A stretch of DNA of 64,000 nt, taken from contig OX597825.1 of the NCBI GenBank assembly GCA_951406725.2, positions 37,448,001 through 37,512,000 of the forward strand. Direction: 5' to 3'. This document shows, piece by piece, positions 41,213 through 55,703 of the stretch (position 1 is its first letter; every line of letters starts with the position of its first letter). Under the pieces are notes generated by a model that ran no database searches, was not told the DNA's origin, and saw nothing but the letters and a program-made list of their open reading frames with translations. The DNA comes from Octopus vulgaris. Its lineage: Eukaryota. The position numbers and the translations under genes are program-made.

Positions 41213-42044
41213 GTGTTTGTGTGTGTGTTTGCGTGTTTGTGTGTGTGTGTGTATAGATATGTATATATATACATAATACATACATAATGCATGTATATTG
41301 CAAAAACATCCTGAAGACTACTATAATCAATGAAATATAATTATAGATTAAAATTTATCATGTCTCTGCGGCCCGGTACCAGTTGATCTATTGCCAGGTA
41401 TTGGTTCATAGCCCAGTTGTTTTAAACACTGGATCTAAAATATTTTAACTGCAGACAATTTTTGAAAAATAGATATTTACTACATTTGTTTGTGTTTCAA
41501 AATGGCCGCTTTCACATAGTTGTTGGCGATATAAATTGAAATACCTCACCACAAACTTTTAGATATAAAAGTATTTAAATTTATCTCACTCAGCATCACT
41601 TTTAAATAAACATGTAACCCCAGCAGCACAGTATTTCACTTTAAAATAGACAAAATATAACCCTATAAATCAATTTAAATGATATAAATAACGCACTCAG
41701 AAACGTTAGCCGTCCCTCCTCTTCCTAGTGATGCGTAGAATAAGAACATGATGTAGATCTACAAAATATAGAAGTAATATACAGAGAAAAGAAACCTCAT
41801 TTCTGCGCTTCTATCCCGGTAAGGCAAGAAGAGAAGTTCAATTGCTCTGTCAACGAGGGCATTTTAAATATGAAATAACAAGTTAGTTGTAGACTTGTTA
41901 CTAATCAGTATATTGGATAAGGATGATTTTGCCGCCCTATTATATCTTGAAATCAGGGTGGCTACATGAATCGCTCTCCTACCCATAGATACTGCAAAAT
42001 ACATTCGTTAGATGGAAATAGGCGGTACACATCGCGGTATATTA

Positions 42045-43960
42045 ATGGTATTGGACATACTTTTCTCGTTGTCACCATTGCCTTTGATTATGATTAGATA
42101 ATGTGAGCAGACACGATCTAAAACAGTATGTTGTTACACAAAGACCACATTATAATGTTACTCAGATTACAATCCGCTTGCTGACATTATACCGCGGTCA
42201 GAAGTTTAGGTCCTAATTTCCTAATTTCTTTCCCCCGAAAGCTATACTGATAAACTGGAACTACATCATATCATATTGTGATAGTGCAAAGAAGTGTTAT
42301 CAAATTAAATTTGTGGAGCAAAGAGCCGATTGATACACATGTGAGTTAGAACATTTGAAAGGCGCGAGGAGAGAGAGAGGGGAAGAGAGAGAGAGAGTGA
42401 GAGAGAGAAGGAGAGGGAGGAATATATATATAGAGAGAGAGCGAGGAGCGGAAAGAGAGAAGGAGGAAGTGGCGGAAGAAGGTAGGGAAGAAGACTTTGG
42501 TTTCTGCTAATGATACAGTTAAGAAATCCCCATTCCACTTCAGAAATGGCTAGCATTGAAACAGTTTCTCTTTACTCTCAGAACTATAAATACCTATGAC
42601 TTAGAATAAACGGCACCGATAAATGAAAGGATCTCTTCCTACTCCAGTATAAGACCGACCACAAGCTCCAGCTGTAACTGCAAGCATTTTCCCCTGCAGT
42701 ATGAGAAAGTGTGATCTTGAAGAAAGACACAAAAACCTTGTGGAGAATAGGAGGAGAATGAATGAACAAAAATGAAGAGGGCCCTAGTCGAAAATCGGGC
42801 AATAGAATTCCACTGCATAGCGATACCTTTCTACTTCGTATGGTTCTCCAACCCCAACGATGATCTAATGAAATTGTCGAAAAACACTGTATCAAGTGTC
42901 CCTGGTGTTTTGTAAGGAACTACATTCCACTTTCCTGTCTTTTGTTTTCAGCGAAATTACATCTTGGACAGATATTTTTCTTGTGTTCTTCCTCTTGACT
43001 GTTGTGATATGTAGGAAATTTCGCTACTATTATTAGCTAGTCAATCGACTACGTATCGGGTCTTTTGTTTGCTTGAGTAACACATCTGTCAGTCGAACAT
43101 TAAATTTACAACACACCTGCACTATAAATGTGGGTTTTTATGCGTATGCCAGAAATTATTATTGTTATATTTATTCTTAGCTGCATTCTTGTAATAGTTG
43201 TTTCTATCCAACAAAAAGGAAGTTAAAATCTCTACCCTAACCATTCTTCATATATGGCTTAAAAATGATGTCGGAAAGGTAATCCATTAGTCTAATGTAA
43301 TAACAGAGACATTACATTTGTGAAACTTTTGTAAATTTTTTAAAATACGTCTGTTAGTTATCTGACAAAAGAAAGAAAAAAAGAAAGAGATACAGACAGA
43401 CAGAGAGAAAGAGAGAGAGAAAGAGTGAGAGAAAGAATGAGAAACTATGATTGAACAAAGAAAAAAAGTAAATAAAATTACATCAAAACATGTTATGTTT
43501 TGACGACTAATGTTCTTCATTTTGACAAATTAATTCGGTCTATTTTGACGGGTTGGCATCTCCAGTTTGATAATGCTTGATTTATGCAGTGTTTATTTGA
43601 TTTGTACGGTGTTATATTTGAATAGAATGTTGGTAAATAGTTTCCAAAAATCAACGCCTAATGTATCATGCTTTGTGTCATGAAACTCAGATTTAAAGAA
43701 TAGCTGAGCCAGCCAATGGTTTTTCGTATTTCTTTTGCGACTCTCTTCTGAAGCAAAATGATTAATATTCTGTGAACTTCCATTATATCTGTATTTAGGA
43801 GTGACAAATGATGGTGTTCTTAATCGACTTTTGATTCGACAATGTTGAACTTTTGCTTACGCATTTATTTTCTTTCTATTTCCGTTGTGGCCTGGTTAAG
43901 TTTTCAGAGTAGAATCACTCATATCTTTTGGCAGGTTGAGCTCTAAGTTAACACAATAGT
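42045..43960 (+). pseudogene. Decayed TLR-like relic (locus D)
   Basis: Signal-like MVLDILFSLSPLPLIMI, LRR-NT-like RGQKFRS*FPNFFPPKAILINWNY (~42193), LRR-like IKLNLWSK, PLDCC (~42991), TM IIIVIFILSCILVIVVSI (43155-43208), weak TIR-like ASQWFF (~43708). Confidence 0.45.
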
Positions 43961-44749
43961 GATCAATATTGGAAAAGCCGTTAATGATATGTCCTATAAT
44001 CTGTTAATAGCTGCTGGTGTGATGATATAAAACATTATCACTTCTGATATCATCTAAAACTAATGCCATATGACCTTCCTGTCAGTAATCAGTTATACTT
44101 AGCTGATGGAAGAGGATTGATTGGCCACAGGCTTAAATAGCATTAGGTATGGTGATTAGGTTAAATAACTTCTCTTAAGAGCTGATGGTGGGGCGGAAGC
44201 AATAATGTACGATTGTTAAGAGGTTAACTATTGTAGGTGATTAATTTGATATTAACTCTTTAAGGGTATTTGCTATTCAATCTGGAATTAATAAAGTGAA
44301 TCTCTAAACAAATAGTTTAATAAATAGTACATTTACATTTTCCATTACAAATCAACGAGAAAGGAAGTAACTGGCCAATATGATTACCTTTGAGGCCACT
44401 ATGCATTAATACAAAAGAAATTCTTATTCACACATAACATATAAAACAAACTAATATCTATTTGTTGCATATCTACTTAGTCAATTATATTTTAGAAACT
44501 GTTCATATCAGTATCCATACGTTCAATATTTTAATTAAACTTCCATCGCTATCACAGTAACGCATTTGATTATTAATTGGAAATGAACATGAATTGATAT
44601 AACCGTAAACGTGACAAAATTATAAATTTTGCAGTATCGGCTAATTCTTTCAGCTGTTTTGATTCTTTCTGCGACTAAATTAAATCAAATTTATAGCATG
44701 CTTTACAAACAGATATCTTCATTACTTCTCACCGCAAAAAACGTCTTAC

Positions 44750-45384
44750 TATTAGGTTGTACTGAAAATAATCGCCCATTTCAGAAACATAATTTTATCC
44801 TGGAAAAATTAACAACAGAAATGTTTTCACCTTAGCAATCTTCTGCAGATTGCGTTAGACAGTTGCAATACCGGTGCCAAGTGCATGAGAAATTTCTCTG
44901 CCAATTTGCCCCGGGGTTTTGTTCAGCAATTGCTTTCAATTGTTCTTTGTCAAGACTGCATGACTGTCCTATACCTTCTTCATCTTCAAAGTTGTCATCA
45001 CTACTACGGAATTTCTACACCTTCTTCATCTTCAAAGTTGTCATCACTACTACGGAATTTCTAAAACCACCTTCATACTGTGCAATCACTTTCGGACCCC
45101 TCTCCCTGTACTCGGTTGATACTGACAGCAGTTTGGGAGGTATTGTGCCCAAGCGTGAATTGATGCAAGAAAAGTAAGTGAAGGCCCTTTTTTGTCATGC
45201 TCATAATTAAGGGTGCTTATGCTTCAGGAATGTTTACTGTTTGAAATAAGTAGGAAATCATTAAAGAGCATACAACAATTATTAAGTATGTCGAAATTAA
45301 CCAAAAATATAATTAAATAATATGATAAAATTTCGTTTCAAGACACAAACTTAGAGAGGCCATTATTTTCGGAGCAACCTAATA
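44750..45384 (-). mobile_element. Internally deleted mariner (Tc1/mariner) transposon
   Basis: TA-flanked TIRs TTAGGTTGTACTGAAAATAAT / ATTATTTTCGGAGCAACCTAA. Minus FLHQFTLGHNTSQTAVSINRV...TV*RWF*KFRSSDDNFEDEEG...LDKEQLKAIAEQNP matches the mariner N-terminal HTH region. Internal ~46 bp tandem duplication. Confidence 0.92.
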
Positions 45385-45429
45385 TTTTATCAGTATCTTG
45401 TATCCTTTTATTTGTTGATTTTCTAAATA

Positions 45430-45818
45430 AGAAAGTTGTGGTTGTTGTGGATTACTCCTATGGCCAAGTGTATGCAAACCACTCCCACCCAGTAATTTTC
45501 ATCAGCAATATGTATACTCTTGAACATATTAGATAAACGTCCTTCTTTAAAACCGTAGTATATGATTTGAGATATCTAAAGAGAGTGACTCAGTCATCTA
45601 ATTTAGTTATAGTGGCAAAACCAGCAAAGTGCAAATCATTCATGCATCAGCCCTTTGGCTCCTAGACTGCGTTGCCACTTGATCAGATGGTATCTACAGA
45701 TTTGTAGAAATCTCCCAGTTCTAAACTTCCCAATAACTACGACCCTCTAATTAGTACTACGGTTTATGAAATCACAACACTCTGTGTTGTCCAGGCTATA
45801 TACAATAAAACTCTTTCC

Positions 45819-45902
<84 letters not shown>

Positions 45903-47108
45903 ATTTTTTGTTGAATGTAACCTGTCACCTCCTCGTGTACACAGGGTTTCAGTATGAGAAAGTAGCAACCATTGTTCCTGTTAAGTGATTTGTCTGATAT
46001 TTGTGGCATTATAATAACCGAAACCGTCAAGGGACGACTCATGATTTTACCAAACAGTGTAAGCTCTCTCATAGCGTTCTCTCTAACAACGTTGGTACGG
46101 AAATATTTGCAAATGTCTTATGTTCCAATAACAATCGTCATCTTTAACCAGTTGTCTATTTTGAAATGGACCCAAATCTTACTTGCAACCACAAAAACGT
46201 TACTGGAATCTGCTTAAAACATTGGTTAATTTTTCATCACTGTGACAAAATATAGAGTTAGTGATTTATCCGGAAGTAAGTAAGCAGGGTTGCATCATCA
46301 CGATATTGCATCATGATGTTGTATCGCTTGCATCACGATGATTTAATCGTATCTATTTCGGATCAATAATTCCTTGACAACCCCCTCAATCTAGTTTTAT
46401 CCACGTTTTGCATTCTGGACGTCTGGTGCATTTCAAGGCCCGAGTACACTTTATAGATACATATATATTAAAGACCAGCTTCAGACTATATACTATATGA
46501 TTAGGATAACTTAATTCACTATGACTTAACCTTTTTAACGTAGTCATTTACATGCAACCTAGAAACCTTATGCATTACTTTACTCTCAAGTGGGAAATGA
46601 CACCTAAGTCCATCTTCAAATATCATTACACACAGTTTTCGTCTGTCTGCCCTGCTCCTTCTACTAACAGATAATGTGCATAAAACTTGCAACATATGTT
46701 TACCCTTATATAACAAATGCTATTACATGCTAACTGTGCATGGATGACGTTGTCAGAAATGTATCTCAAAGATTGGCTTTCTCACTCAAGACTGTATATT
46801 TATGTCCCGATAAATTGACAATGCCTTCCATAGCTGAAATGTGAGCCATATGAAATTACTATTTACAAATCTGTGAGGCTACTGCGGACAGCTTTAAAGA
46901 AACCTGTTGGAAACAAATCAGTCATGAATAATTTAGATTTTTCCTGCATGTGTAAACTAGTTCGATACATTAAGTTTGATACACTTGTCACACACTCGTT
47001 TGGTTTCATTGAGTGTCCATGATTGACCTGTTGGGATTGTCTAACGAACGGTGCTACTGTCACAAGATGTAAAAGAAGGTAAATATATTGAAATAAGTAT
47101 AGAATCAC
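45430..47108 (-). pseudogene. Decayed Toll-like receptor pseudogene (locus E)
   Basis: Signal-like ILYLFQYIYLLLHLVTVA, LRR-like FPTGFFKAVRSSLTDL and LACNSICYI, LRR-CT SNVF/FCGCK...NWL (~46150-46205), TIR box1-like SFIVYSLDN (45785-45812), KFRTG, box3-like FAYTWP (45461-45478). Confidence 0.6.
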
Positions 47109-47517
47109 ATTGAAGAAGCTGCTTAATGGTCGTTCGATATGCTATAAAATAACAACCTAATTTTCATTCAATCCTCTATACATGAGGTAATGTAATCTCA
47201 AATGAACTGTCAGATTAAAAAATGGAATGGGTTCTACTGCAATGCTTTTGAGCAGATGTTCTACTCAGTCTGAGCTGCAATCAGCAAAACAAAAGTGTTG
47301 CACGAGAAGCTGATAATTTATTTCGTTAATTTATTTACATAATAAAGGGGGAATTTGAATAATATTTTTATATGACAAGCGTATTGTATGAATAAATGAA
47401 CGAGAGCTAATCAATCAAATACTGAAATATAATTTTATCGTTAGTGTAATTGTAATTGTTTAATTGACAACACGATGCATTTCTTGATTAGAAAATATAA
47501 TACTTGACATGTTTTTC

Positions 47518-49750
47518 AGATGAGTATTTTTAAAACATCTGAATGACTGTGGCAGTAGAAATTTCTCATAAATTCCTGAAATATTGATTACATTTTAATG
47601 AAGGTTCTTATTTGTAGTCGATGAAGAATTTGCTGGTAAATAGAAATGGAAACGTGTTTCCTAATATGTCAGTGGTGTACATGATGTGAAAGAGTTTCAA
47701 CTAGAAAAGAAACCTAGATTCATTCGTGATAAGATGGTTGCTTATATCATAATCTACGGGATACCACATAACTCACAAAATATTACATTTTCTCATTCTT
47801 GGTTAAAATTATTATTTAATAATTCCGCAAGAAACTATGGCGCTTATGTGTAATAAGATTGGAAAATATCATAACGTGCTTCACTGATGCTGTAACCAAT
47901 CATTGGGACAAAGCATTTCTAACCATTCCAATATCAACCACACATCAGGCTGATATTTTAATATCCTGAATAACTAAAGAATATTGTTTGAGTGAAAACA
48001 CTTCAACGAATTGCTGTATTTATTTGATCCAGTTATTGGAATATATTTAATAAAATCTGATATGATGTAAGCGAAAATCATCCTTTAATACCTAATCCCA
48101 TAAACTATCAAGATGGTGGGGAATCACAAACTATTTCCTCCAGTAGTAGTAGATAGAATAGCATACAGCATAAATACATAACAGCATGTGAGGCTTACAA
48201 GACACTCATTGATTATACAGTATTTCCGCCTCTCACACAGTTGATCTTTGAAAATCCAGCAAGGTAAACCAAATCAACGAGAGTTAAATGTCTTATCCAT
48301 AGTGAGGTGGCTATATATTGATATGCTATAGATTCAACCAGCTGTATCTATTTCAGATGGTATCTTTATGTAACATAAATTATCAGATTTGCTCATGCAC
48401 TACACATTCAATTTCACTAGAGGCAACAAGCTCATCCAACCATGTTTGTCATAATTATATCGCACGGTGGCAATATGTAGTTGTGGAATATTGATAATTG
48501 ATAAGATTATATGTTGCTGTAGTGAGATGTAGTATTCATTTTACTCACTGGTGAAATAAATGAAGCTAAACATCTTAAATTTGAAATTTCCTGCTTGTTT
48601 GTTCGTAATTGTAGGTATTTATTTAAGGCGAATAGTCCATGTGGCTTTGATGCCCTTCTGCACATTACTTAAATAATAAAATTCAAACGGCTGCAATAAA
48701 GTATTGAATGATAATTGCTGACTCATATCCTCGATAGATTGTGACGATACTGAATTCATTTTCAACTGAGAAAATTAAAAATCTTTTCGTAAGCGAGGAG
48801 GTTCAACAGGAAATACGAATTTGCTTAATGGAGCGCTCCTTTCTATTGATTATTTTGAAATAAGGGTTATATTTTTAGATTGCACAAAGATTTGAAGTTG
48901 TGTTGTTTATGCAATTCTCATATAGCATTATCAATATGATTTAAAGGTAATTGCATCAGAGTGAAAACGCCTTCAGGAAGGTTACTCTTTCGAATATGGT
49001 ACTCCCAACTATACAACTGATATCTTTAGTAAAGCTTATTCTTACATTTAATTAAACAGTTCATCAAATTAGAAATTTTCTATCATTTAAGACTATATTT
49101 CAATTTGATTTCTAATTATTTATCTTCTCGCTTGGTAATTAAAAACCAAATGAAATTAATTCCATGTAAGTACATTATATTTATATTGTTGATATATTTA
49201 CCCCATGGCAGTAAGCAATTACACATAACCTGCGCAATCTAGTACTAAGATCACTTCAGTTGTTTGTATATCATAATTACGAAAATCAAATGTGTATATA
49301 GTCTCCTGTGTATAACGTAGGATAATCAGGTGGTTGTCAAAGCATCCACCTGACTGAGTGGTCAATGTTACAGTCAGGTATGAGTGCAGTTAGACAAAGA
49401 GTCGTGAAAGAGTTGCATCAAAAGGAATTATATTACGTTTATATGTAGAATTTTCTTCTGAAGTAACAATAAGAGAAATTCAATTTCGGTGTTCTGCAGT
49501 ATATGAATATATGACATCTGAAAAACGTTGGATTGAAAAATGCTTGTTCATAGCTGATAACAGAACCCAGACGCCTAAAAGATAGGGATGGTGTTTTTAT
49601 GGCCTTACTAGGAAACATAAAATTCATATATATCATTTGGCAATTCTGAATAACAATCAAGAAGCACGGATCCCTCCTCACATAGAAGAAATACCTTTTC
49701 CAGTTACCAAGAGAAGAGTATTCTACATATAGCAGAATCAAAAGCTTCTG
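47518..49750 (+). pseudogene. Decayed Toll-like receptor pseudogene, possibly with two TIR domains (locus F)
   Basis: Follows a TTTTTCAG acceptor-like site. LRR-NT DCGSRNFS*IPEIL (47545), ICSCG (~48472), GFDAL, box2-like RICLMERSFL (48816-48845), IRNFLSFKTIFQF. A second TIR-like block has EKFNFGVLQYMNI, KCLFIA, GWCFYGL (49586) and RIPPH. Confidence 0.65.
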
Positions 49751-49999
49751 ACTCACTATAAGTAACAACTTCTAATTACTTGAGTCAATGAAGGAACCTT
49801 AAGCGATAACTTAACTGGTTACAAATAGTTATCAAATTATCCAATTGTCCTCAAATTACCACCTACTATCTTAAAAAGTGAGGAAAAATCGATATTTTAG
49901 TATTAGATAGGCAATACGTGAGAAAAAGACAAGATGATCATGTGCGTAAGCTTTTGATGATACAGGTCTTCTCAACTGGGGCTGATCTGATACCAAACA

Positions 50000-51300
50000 A
50001 GGTGACAAAATTACAGCATTAAGTTTTCTTAAGCTGCTACACTGTAACAACTAAACAACATCATAAAGAAATATTTCCATCCGCAGAAGTGTTGGACCTC
50101 CCACATGTTGCTAAACAACACTTGACAACACTATCTAATTGTGACATTAATATCAGTATGAAGGTGTCGTACTCAGCCAATAACCAACAAATGACAGTAA
50201 GAGGAAAACATAAACGAATTTTGTTGCCATAGAGAAACTTGGACTCGAATCTCTTATCAATCGACTTGAAGAGCTGTAAAAGAACGAAGAAAATCAGCAA
50301 CAAAGAGGTTTTACCGACGAGTAAGTAAATAAATATATGCATTAAGGATTTATTTTTACTTTCCACTATCAAATTCATATTTACATACAGATATAAATAC
50401 GCACATACGTATATAAATTGACATTAAGTGGTTATTATAATGTAATCAATAGTAGGCTTTATTGTTTTATGCTGTGAAGTGTGTGTTACATACATAGATA
50501 ATGCTGTATATATTTATGTATGTATGTATGTATGCATGTATGTATGTATATATATATATATGTGTATGTGTGTGTGTGTGTGTGTAACAGTTACACCCGA
50601 TTCATCGAACAAAACGATAAAAAATATTGATCATATAATAACTACTTAACGACAAATGTTATTTTATTGTTATTGAACAAGAGGGAAAATATGCTTCTAG
50701 AATGTTATCGTATTGTCTGATGTAAATTTAAATATAATAGCACAAATAGTAAGATGTTTCCTGTGTATGAATATAACGTAATAACTATAAAACTATATTT
50801 TTTGTATGTAAGTTGATAAGAGGTGAATGAAAACACATTCGAGAAATGCGATGTTTACTTATGTAGATTTTATATAATCTTCTTGAAAGACAATGGTACA
50901 ATATATTATATATGTGAGATTCTACGGTAATGGCATAATAGATCGGCAGTAGAAACAAAATTGGTATGGAAAGTAATGTACATTATAAAGATGGAAAAGA
51001 AAGACAAAAGAGAAAATAATAAAACCAACAGCTGTGAAGAAATATGATTACCATATACCTCTGAATCACTTGTAAAGATATTTCTATAAATATTATTGGA
51101 AAAGAGAACGAAATATATCATGGTATCTGTTGGTGGTGATAATTAGATGACCCATGTCTGTTTACAGAAATTTAATCAATTTATAGGTTGCTGGTGTTTC
51201 ATTAGCTAATTCTATTTCTCAAGTGGCTTGGTAATCATTGTTTTACAGAGCGGAAAATATACATGCGGTAGAATTCGATCGCACGGACTATCATGTGAAG
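50000..51300 (-). pseudogene. Decayed TLR pseudogene (locus G)
   Basis: LRR-like DIFRSLF, LFSNNI and VYGNHIS. ORF 50061-50378 gives TM SLLLIFFVLLQLF, juxtamembrane KRFESKFLY and TIR box1 EYDTFI (50158-50175), then FCGWKYF and RKLNAVILSP, cut by a repeat at ~50000. Confidence 0.58.
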
Positions 51301-51731
51301 CATCTGAGACAAGAATTGATATGAAAGCAGTTGATATAATTACTCATGATAATTTCTTTTACTAGTTCTGTATGGAAGAAGGGGCAATGCTCATGGTCTA
51401 CTTAGAGTTACAAACGAAATTTATAACGTTAATGTCCCACTAGAATATTACCAAGCAAAAACTTGCACGAAAGGACGGAATTCCACAGGGTCAAGTATTC
51501 TGAGGGAAACGACTGGGCGCAGTGATCAGTGTGGAACTGAAAGCAATGATGGTGATCGAGAGAAAAGAAATGAGTTAGTCAGGAATTCATGAGTGGAATT
51601 GTCTTGAGTTCAGCGCGCTCATATAAGCCTATACAATCATAACCGTTGGGAGAGAACAGAGTGTTCCTAGAAATCTTTAAATAGTTGCATACTAAATAGT
51701 TGGGTATCTTTTCTACATGACAGATTGGTAT

Positions 51732-51958
51732 ACTCTCTTTACTCTTTTGTTTTTTCAGTTATTTGACTGTGGCCATGCTGCAGCACCGCCTGTTAGTCGA
51801 GCAAATCGCTCCCAGGACTTATTCTTTGAAAGCCTAGTACTTATTATATCGCTCTTTTTTGCCGAACCGCTAAGTTACGGGGACGTAAACACACCACCAT
51901 CGGTTATCAAGCGATGTTGGAGGACAAACACAGATACACAAACATATACACACATATA

Positions 51959-52003
<45 letters not shown>

Positions 52004-52154
52004 TACGACGGGTTTCCGTCTACCAAATCCACTCACAAGGATTTGGCCGGCCCGAGGCTATAGTAGAAGACACTTGCCCAAGGTGCCAAGCAGTGAGACT
52101 GAACCCGGAACTATGTGGTTCATAAGCAAGCCACTTATCACACAGCCACTCCTA
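51732..52154 (-). mobile_element. tRNA-derived SINE, family A
   Basis: Near full-length match to the reverse complement of 33028-33428. Confidence 0.92.
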
Positions 52155-52334
52155 TGAAGTCTGAATATTAAAAGGAAAATATTGGCGTAACTGTTTGGTG
52201 GATGCAGTATCACGGATGTCAACTGGCATTTGCTCAACACACACGCACACACAAACATACACACACGACCTCATGAACCTCGTTAACCAGTGTCTGCTCA
52301 AAAGCTGAGGTCATGCTGGGGCAGTACCGTTGGC

Positions 52335-52548
52335 TTTGCTACACCATTATTTGAAATCCTTTCGGATATGTATTATTTGGTGAATGGTACTGCTGCCCAC
52401 ATATGTGATTCCTGCTGCTAAATAGGTTCTTTGTTGACAGGAGGAGATCCATTTTTATTTTGAAGACACCTACATCTACACGATGCAGGTCTCTCAGGCA
52501 TTGTGGAATGATATTAAAAAGTTGTGGGCCCTTGAAACCCAAGCTCCG
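52335..52548 (-). mobile_element. CR1/L2/Jockey-group LINE ORF2 C-terminal fragment
   Basis: GFKGPQLFNIIPQCLRDL...VFKIKMDLLLS. Confidence 0.75.
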
Positions 52549-52637
52549 GCGCGTTTGTCAAGTGCCTTCTATTAAAATCTCATGTCGATTAAAGCCTTGT
52601 TAGCTGATTTGGTAGGCGGAAGCTGAAAGGAGCCTGT

Positions 52638-52709
<72 letters not shown>

Positions 52710-52714
52710 ATCCC

Positions 52715-52848
52715 CCCAAAAGAAGAGCAAATACAAAGAAACATAACAACGTGAGTGCGTGGTACATGTAAAGTATTAGCAGACGCTCAAGGAAGGAAAG
52801 AAAGATGGTTTAACGTTTCGAGCAACGCTCTTCTTCAAAAACCTATAA
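52715..52848 (-). mobile_element. PLE pLTR tail with minimal hammerhead-like motif
   Basis: Minus TTGAAGA-A-GAGC-GTT-GCTC-GAAAC-GTTA-AACC. Tail homologous to 3900-4023. Confidence 0.6.
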
Positions 52849-53033
52849 CTTAGAGACACACACACATTACGAGAGTATGCACAATAATGGGAAAAAAGAT
52901 GGAAAAGAATAGTACTCGAATACCGGAGGTAGTGAAATATGCATTATTAATAAAGCTATAATGACATCATAAAACTGTTACTCAGTTGCAACTTTTTAAA
53001 TAAAATACATTTATAAGTATTTATAAATATGTG

Positions 53034-53089
<56 letters not shown>

Positions 53090-53391
53090 AAGAAAGAGAG
53101 AGACCCAGTGAGGGTGAAAAAGAAAGAGAATAAAAGAGAGAAGGTGAGAGGGAGAGAGAGAGAGACATTAGTGTAGAATGCAGATGAAGAGTCATTCATT
53201 TCGTAAATAATTTGAACACTCAATATATCTCTTATTTAATCATTAAGTTTATGTTACGGGGACAAAACTTTGAAATGGATTTGAAATGACTGATCATATA
53301 TTACCCATACATCTACTATGTATGGGCGCGCATACGTGATTGTACATGTGCGTTGAGACAGATACATATATTGATAAACAACTTTTATTAA

Positions 53392-53454
<63 letters not shown>

Positions 53455-53603
53455 ATAAGCAAATATGAACACAGAAATATTTGTGTATGCTTAGGCATCG
53501 AGACAAACTAACAAGCACACACACATTTAAGAAGTTTAAGAACATGTGTGTAGGATTGCATATTGTATACATGAATAGACATGCATATAAGCGCACGTAT
53601 GTG

Positions 53604-53648
<45 letters not shown>

Positions 53649-53932
53649 GTATATGTTATTGTATGTGAGTGCATGTGTGTGTGTGCTTCTGCACTGAGAA
53701 ATGAACGAGAATTATTCCTTTTATGAAATATTCCCGGCTATCAGAAGATTATATTTATATAAAAGAAATATTTAATCTATGTTAAATTCAACATTTTTAA
53801 CAACCCAAGACTTATCTATTTTTGTATTTTCCGAAACGCATAGAGAACATTCATGCAAATAGACTTAAAAATCTTACATCTTTTTAAATCCATACATAAC
53901 ACAAGAATTATTATCCTTATTAATGTTGTTGA

Positions 53933-54170
<238 letters not shown>

Positions 54171-54479
54171 ATGTTGCTGTTAATGTTGTTCTCTCACATT
54201 CTACTTATACTCTAGACAGTTCTCCGAAGCTCCTTAAGTTATCAATTTGTAAACAAATTTTCTTCGTGAAAGATTTTTGCAACATTTTTCTTGCTTATTA
54301 GTAGAGATTATCAGGAAATTGTTTGGCATTGTCTTTAACTATTAGAAATATAAATGATTTCCTGCTGGGGTAGTCACAGGAAAGGCGGCCTGTGGTCACA
54401 GCTCTGTTGTGTTCTGACTTTGAGAGACGTAATTAACTAAATGCAGTGTTTCTGAGAATATATATGTATATACTGAGAT

Positions 54480-54828
54480 AAAACTTAGATATGTTTCGAC
54501 CAAAGATTGGTCCAGGCCATGTCTAACTTAATAGCACCACCTGATAGGATTATTTGAATCCTGTTTGAGTCAAGTTTTGTTAATGGTCCATTCAAGTAGT
54601 GAATTTTTGTTGGGTGAGTTGTAACCAATTATGGGTGGCTTATCTGGTATTCCTTGAAGGAATCTATCCAGACTCCGTTTAAAGTTGATGGGATCCTTTT
54701 CCTCTATGATCTCTTTCGGGACAATGTTAAATAGGGCAGGGCCTGTTGAGTAAAAGAACTTATGTTGCAGTGAACATGTATGCTGTGATCTTGAATTGGG
54801 CAGGGGATGTATGGCCCGTGGTCCCAAT
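54480..54828 (-). mobile_element. CR1-group LINE 3' end
   Basis: FFYSTGPALFNIVPKEI...NFKRSLDRFLQGIPDKP...NSLLEW. Confidence 0.8.
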
Positions 54829-54863
<35 letters not shown>

Positions 54864-55217
54864 AACAAAGTAACAACATAGCACCGATGTTTGTGTAACA
54901 TTTATACGTGAATATTGATTCCGCTCCTATTTATGGTACTAATGTGTAGTAGATTATTACCTTCACCAATACCAGAACCAAAAAGGTGTAGCAGCCAAAA
55001 CAAGAACATCAACAAATGCAGTAGGGCGACTATCAAAAAACCCTAGTAAAATCTATATGAAAAAATTAGCTGTTTAAGTCAGGTATTATTAAAAGTCATG
55101 AGAATAACGACAAAAAGCAACACCAATGATGAGAAGTTGTAATAGCAGAAGTAAAAACCAACAAATGTATAGCAACTAGAACTAACAAAACTATCAAGCA
55201 ACTGCCCATGACATCCT

Positions 55218-55279
<62 letters not shown>

Positions 55280-55613
55280 GTCGAATCGACCCCCAGGACT
55301 TATTCTTTGTAAGCTTAATACTTATTTTATCGGTCTCTTTCGCTGATGTTGCGGAAACTTAAACACACCAACATGAGTTGTCAAGTGATGGTGGTGGTGG
55401 GGGGACAAACACAGACAGACAAATCACTCTTTCTATATATACATATACATACGATAAGGATTCTTTCAATTTCTGTCTAACAAATCCACTCAGAAGGCTT
55501 TGATCGGCCCGAGGCTACAGCATAATACACTTGCTCAAGTTGCCACGCGGTGGGACTGAATCTGGAGCCATGTGGTTTGGAAGCACGCTTCTTAAAACAC
55601 AGCCACGTCTGCG

Positions 55614-55617
<4 letters not shown>
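55280..55617 (-). mobile_element. tRNA-derived SINE, family A
   Basis: Shared family A blocks. Confidence 0.88.

Positions 55618-55703
<86 letters not shown>

Noticed and set aside
48100-48135. Protocadherin-like QDGG motif
   Set aside because: Isolated, with no DRE or DxNDN cadherin motifs, and it lies within the TLR-like relic.
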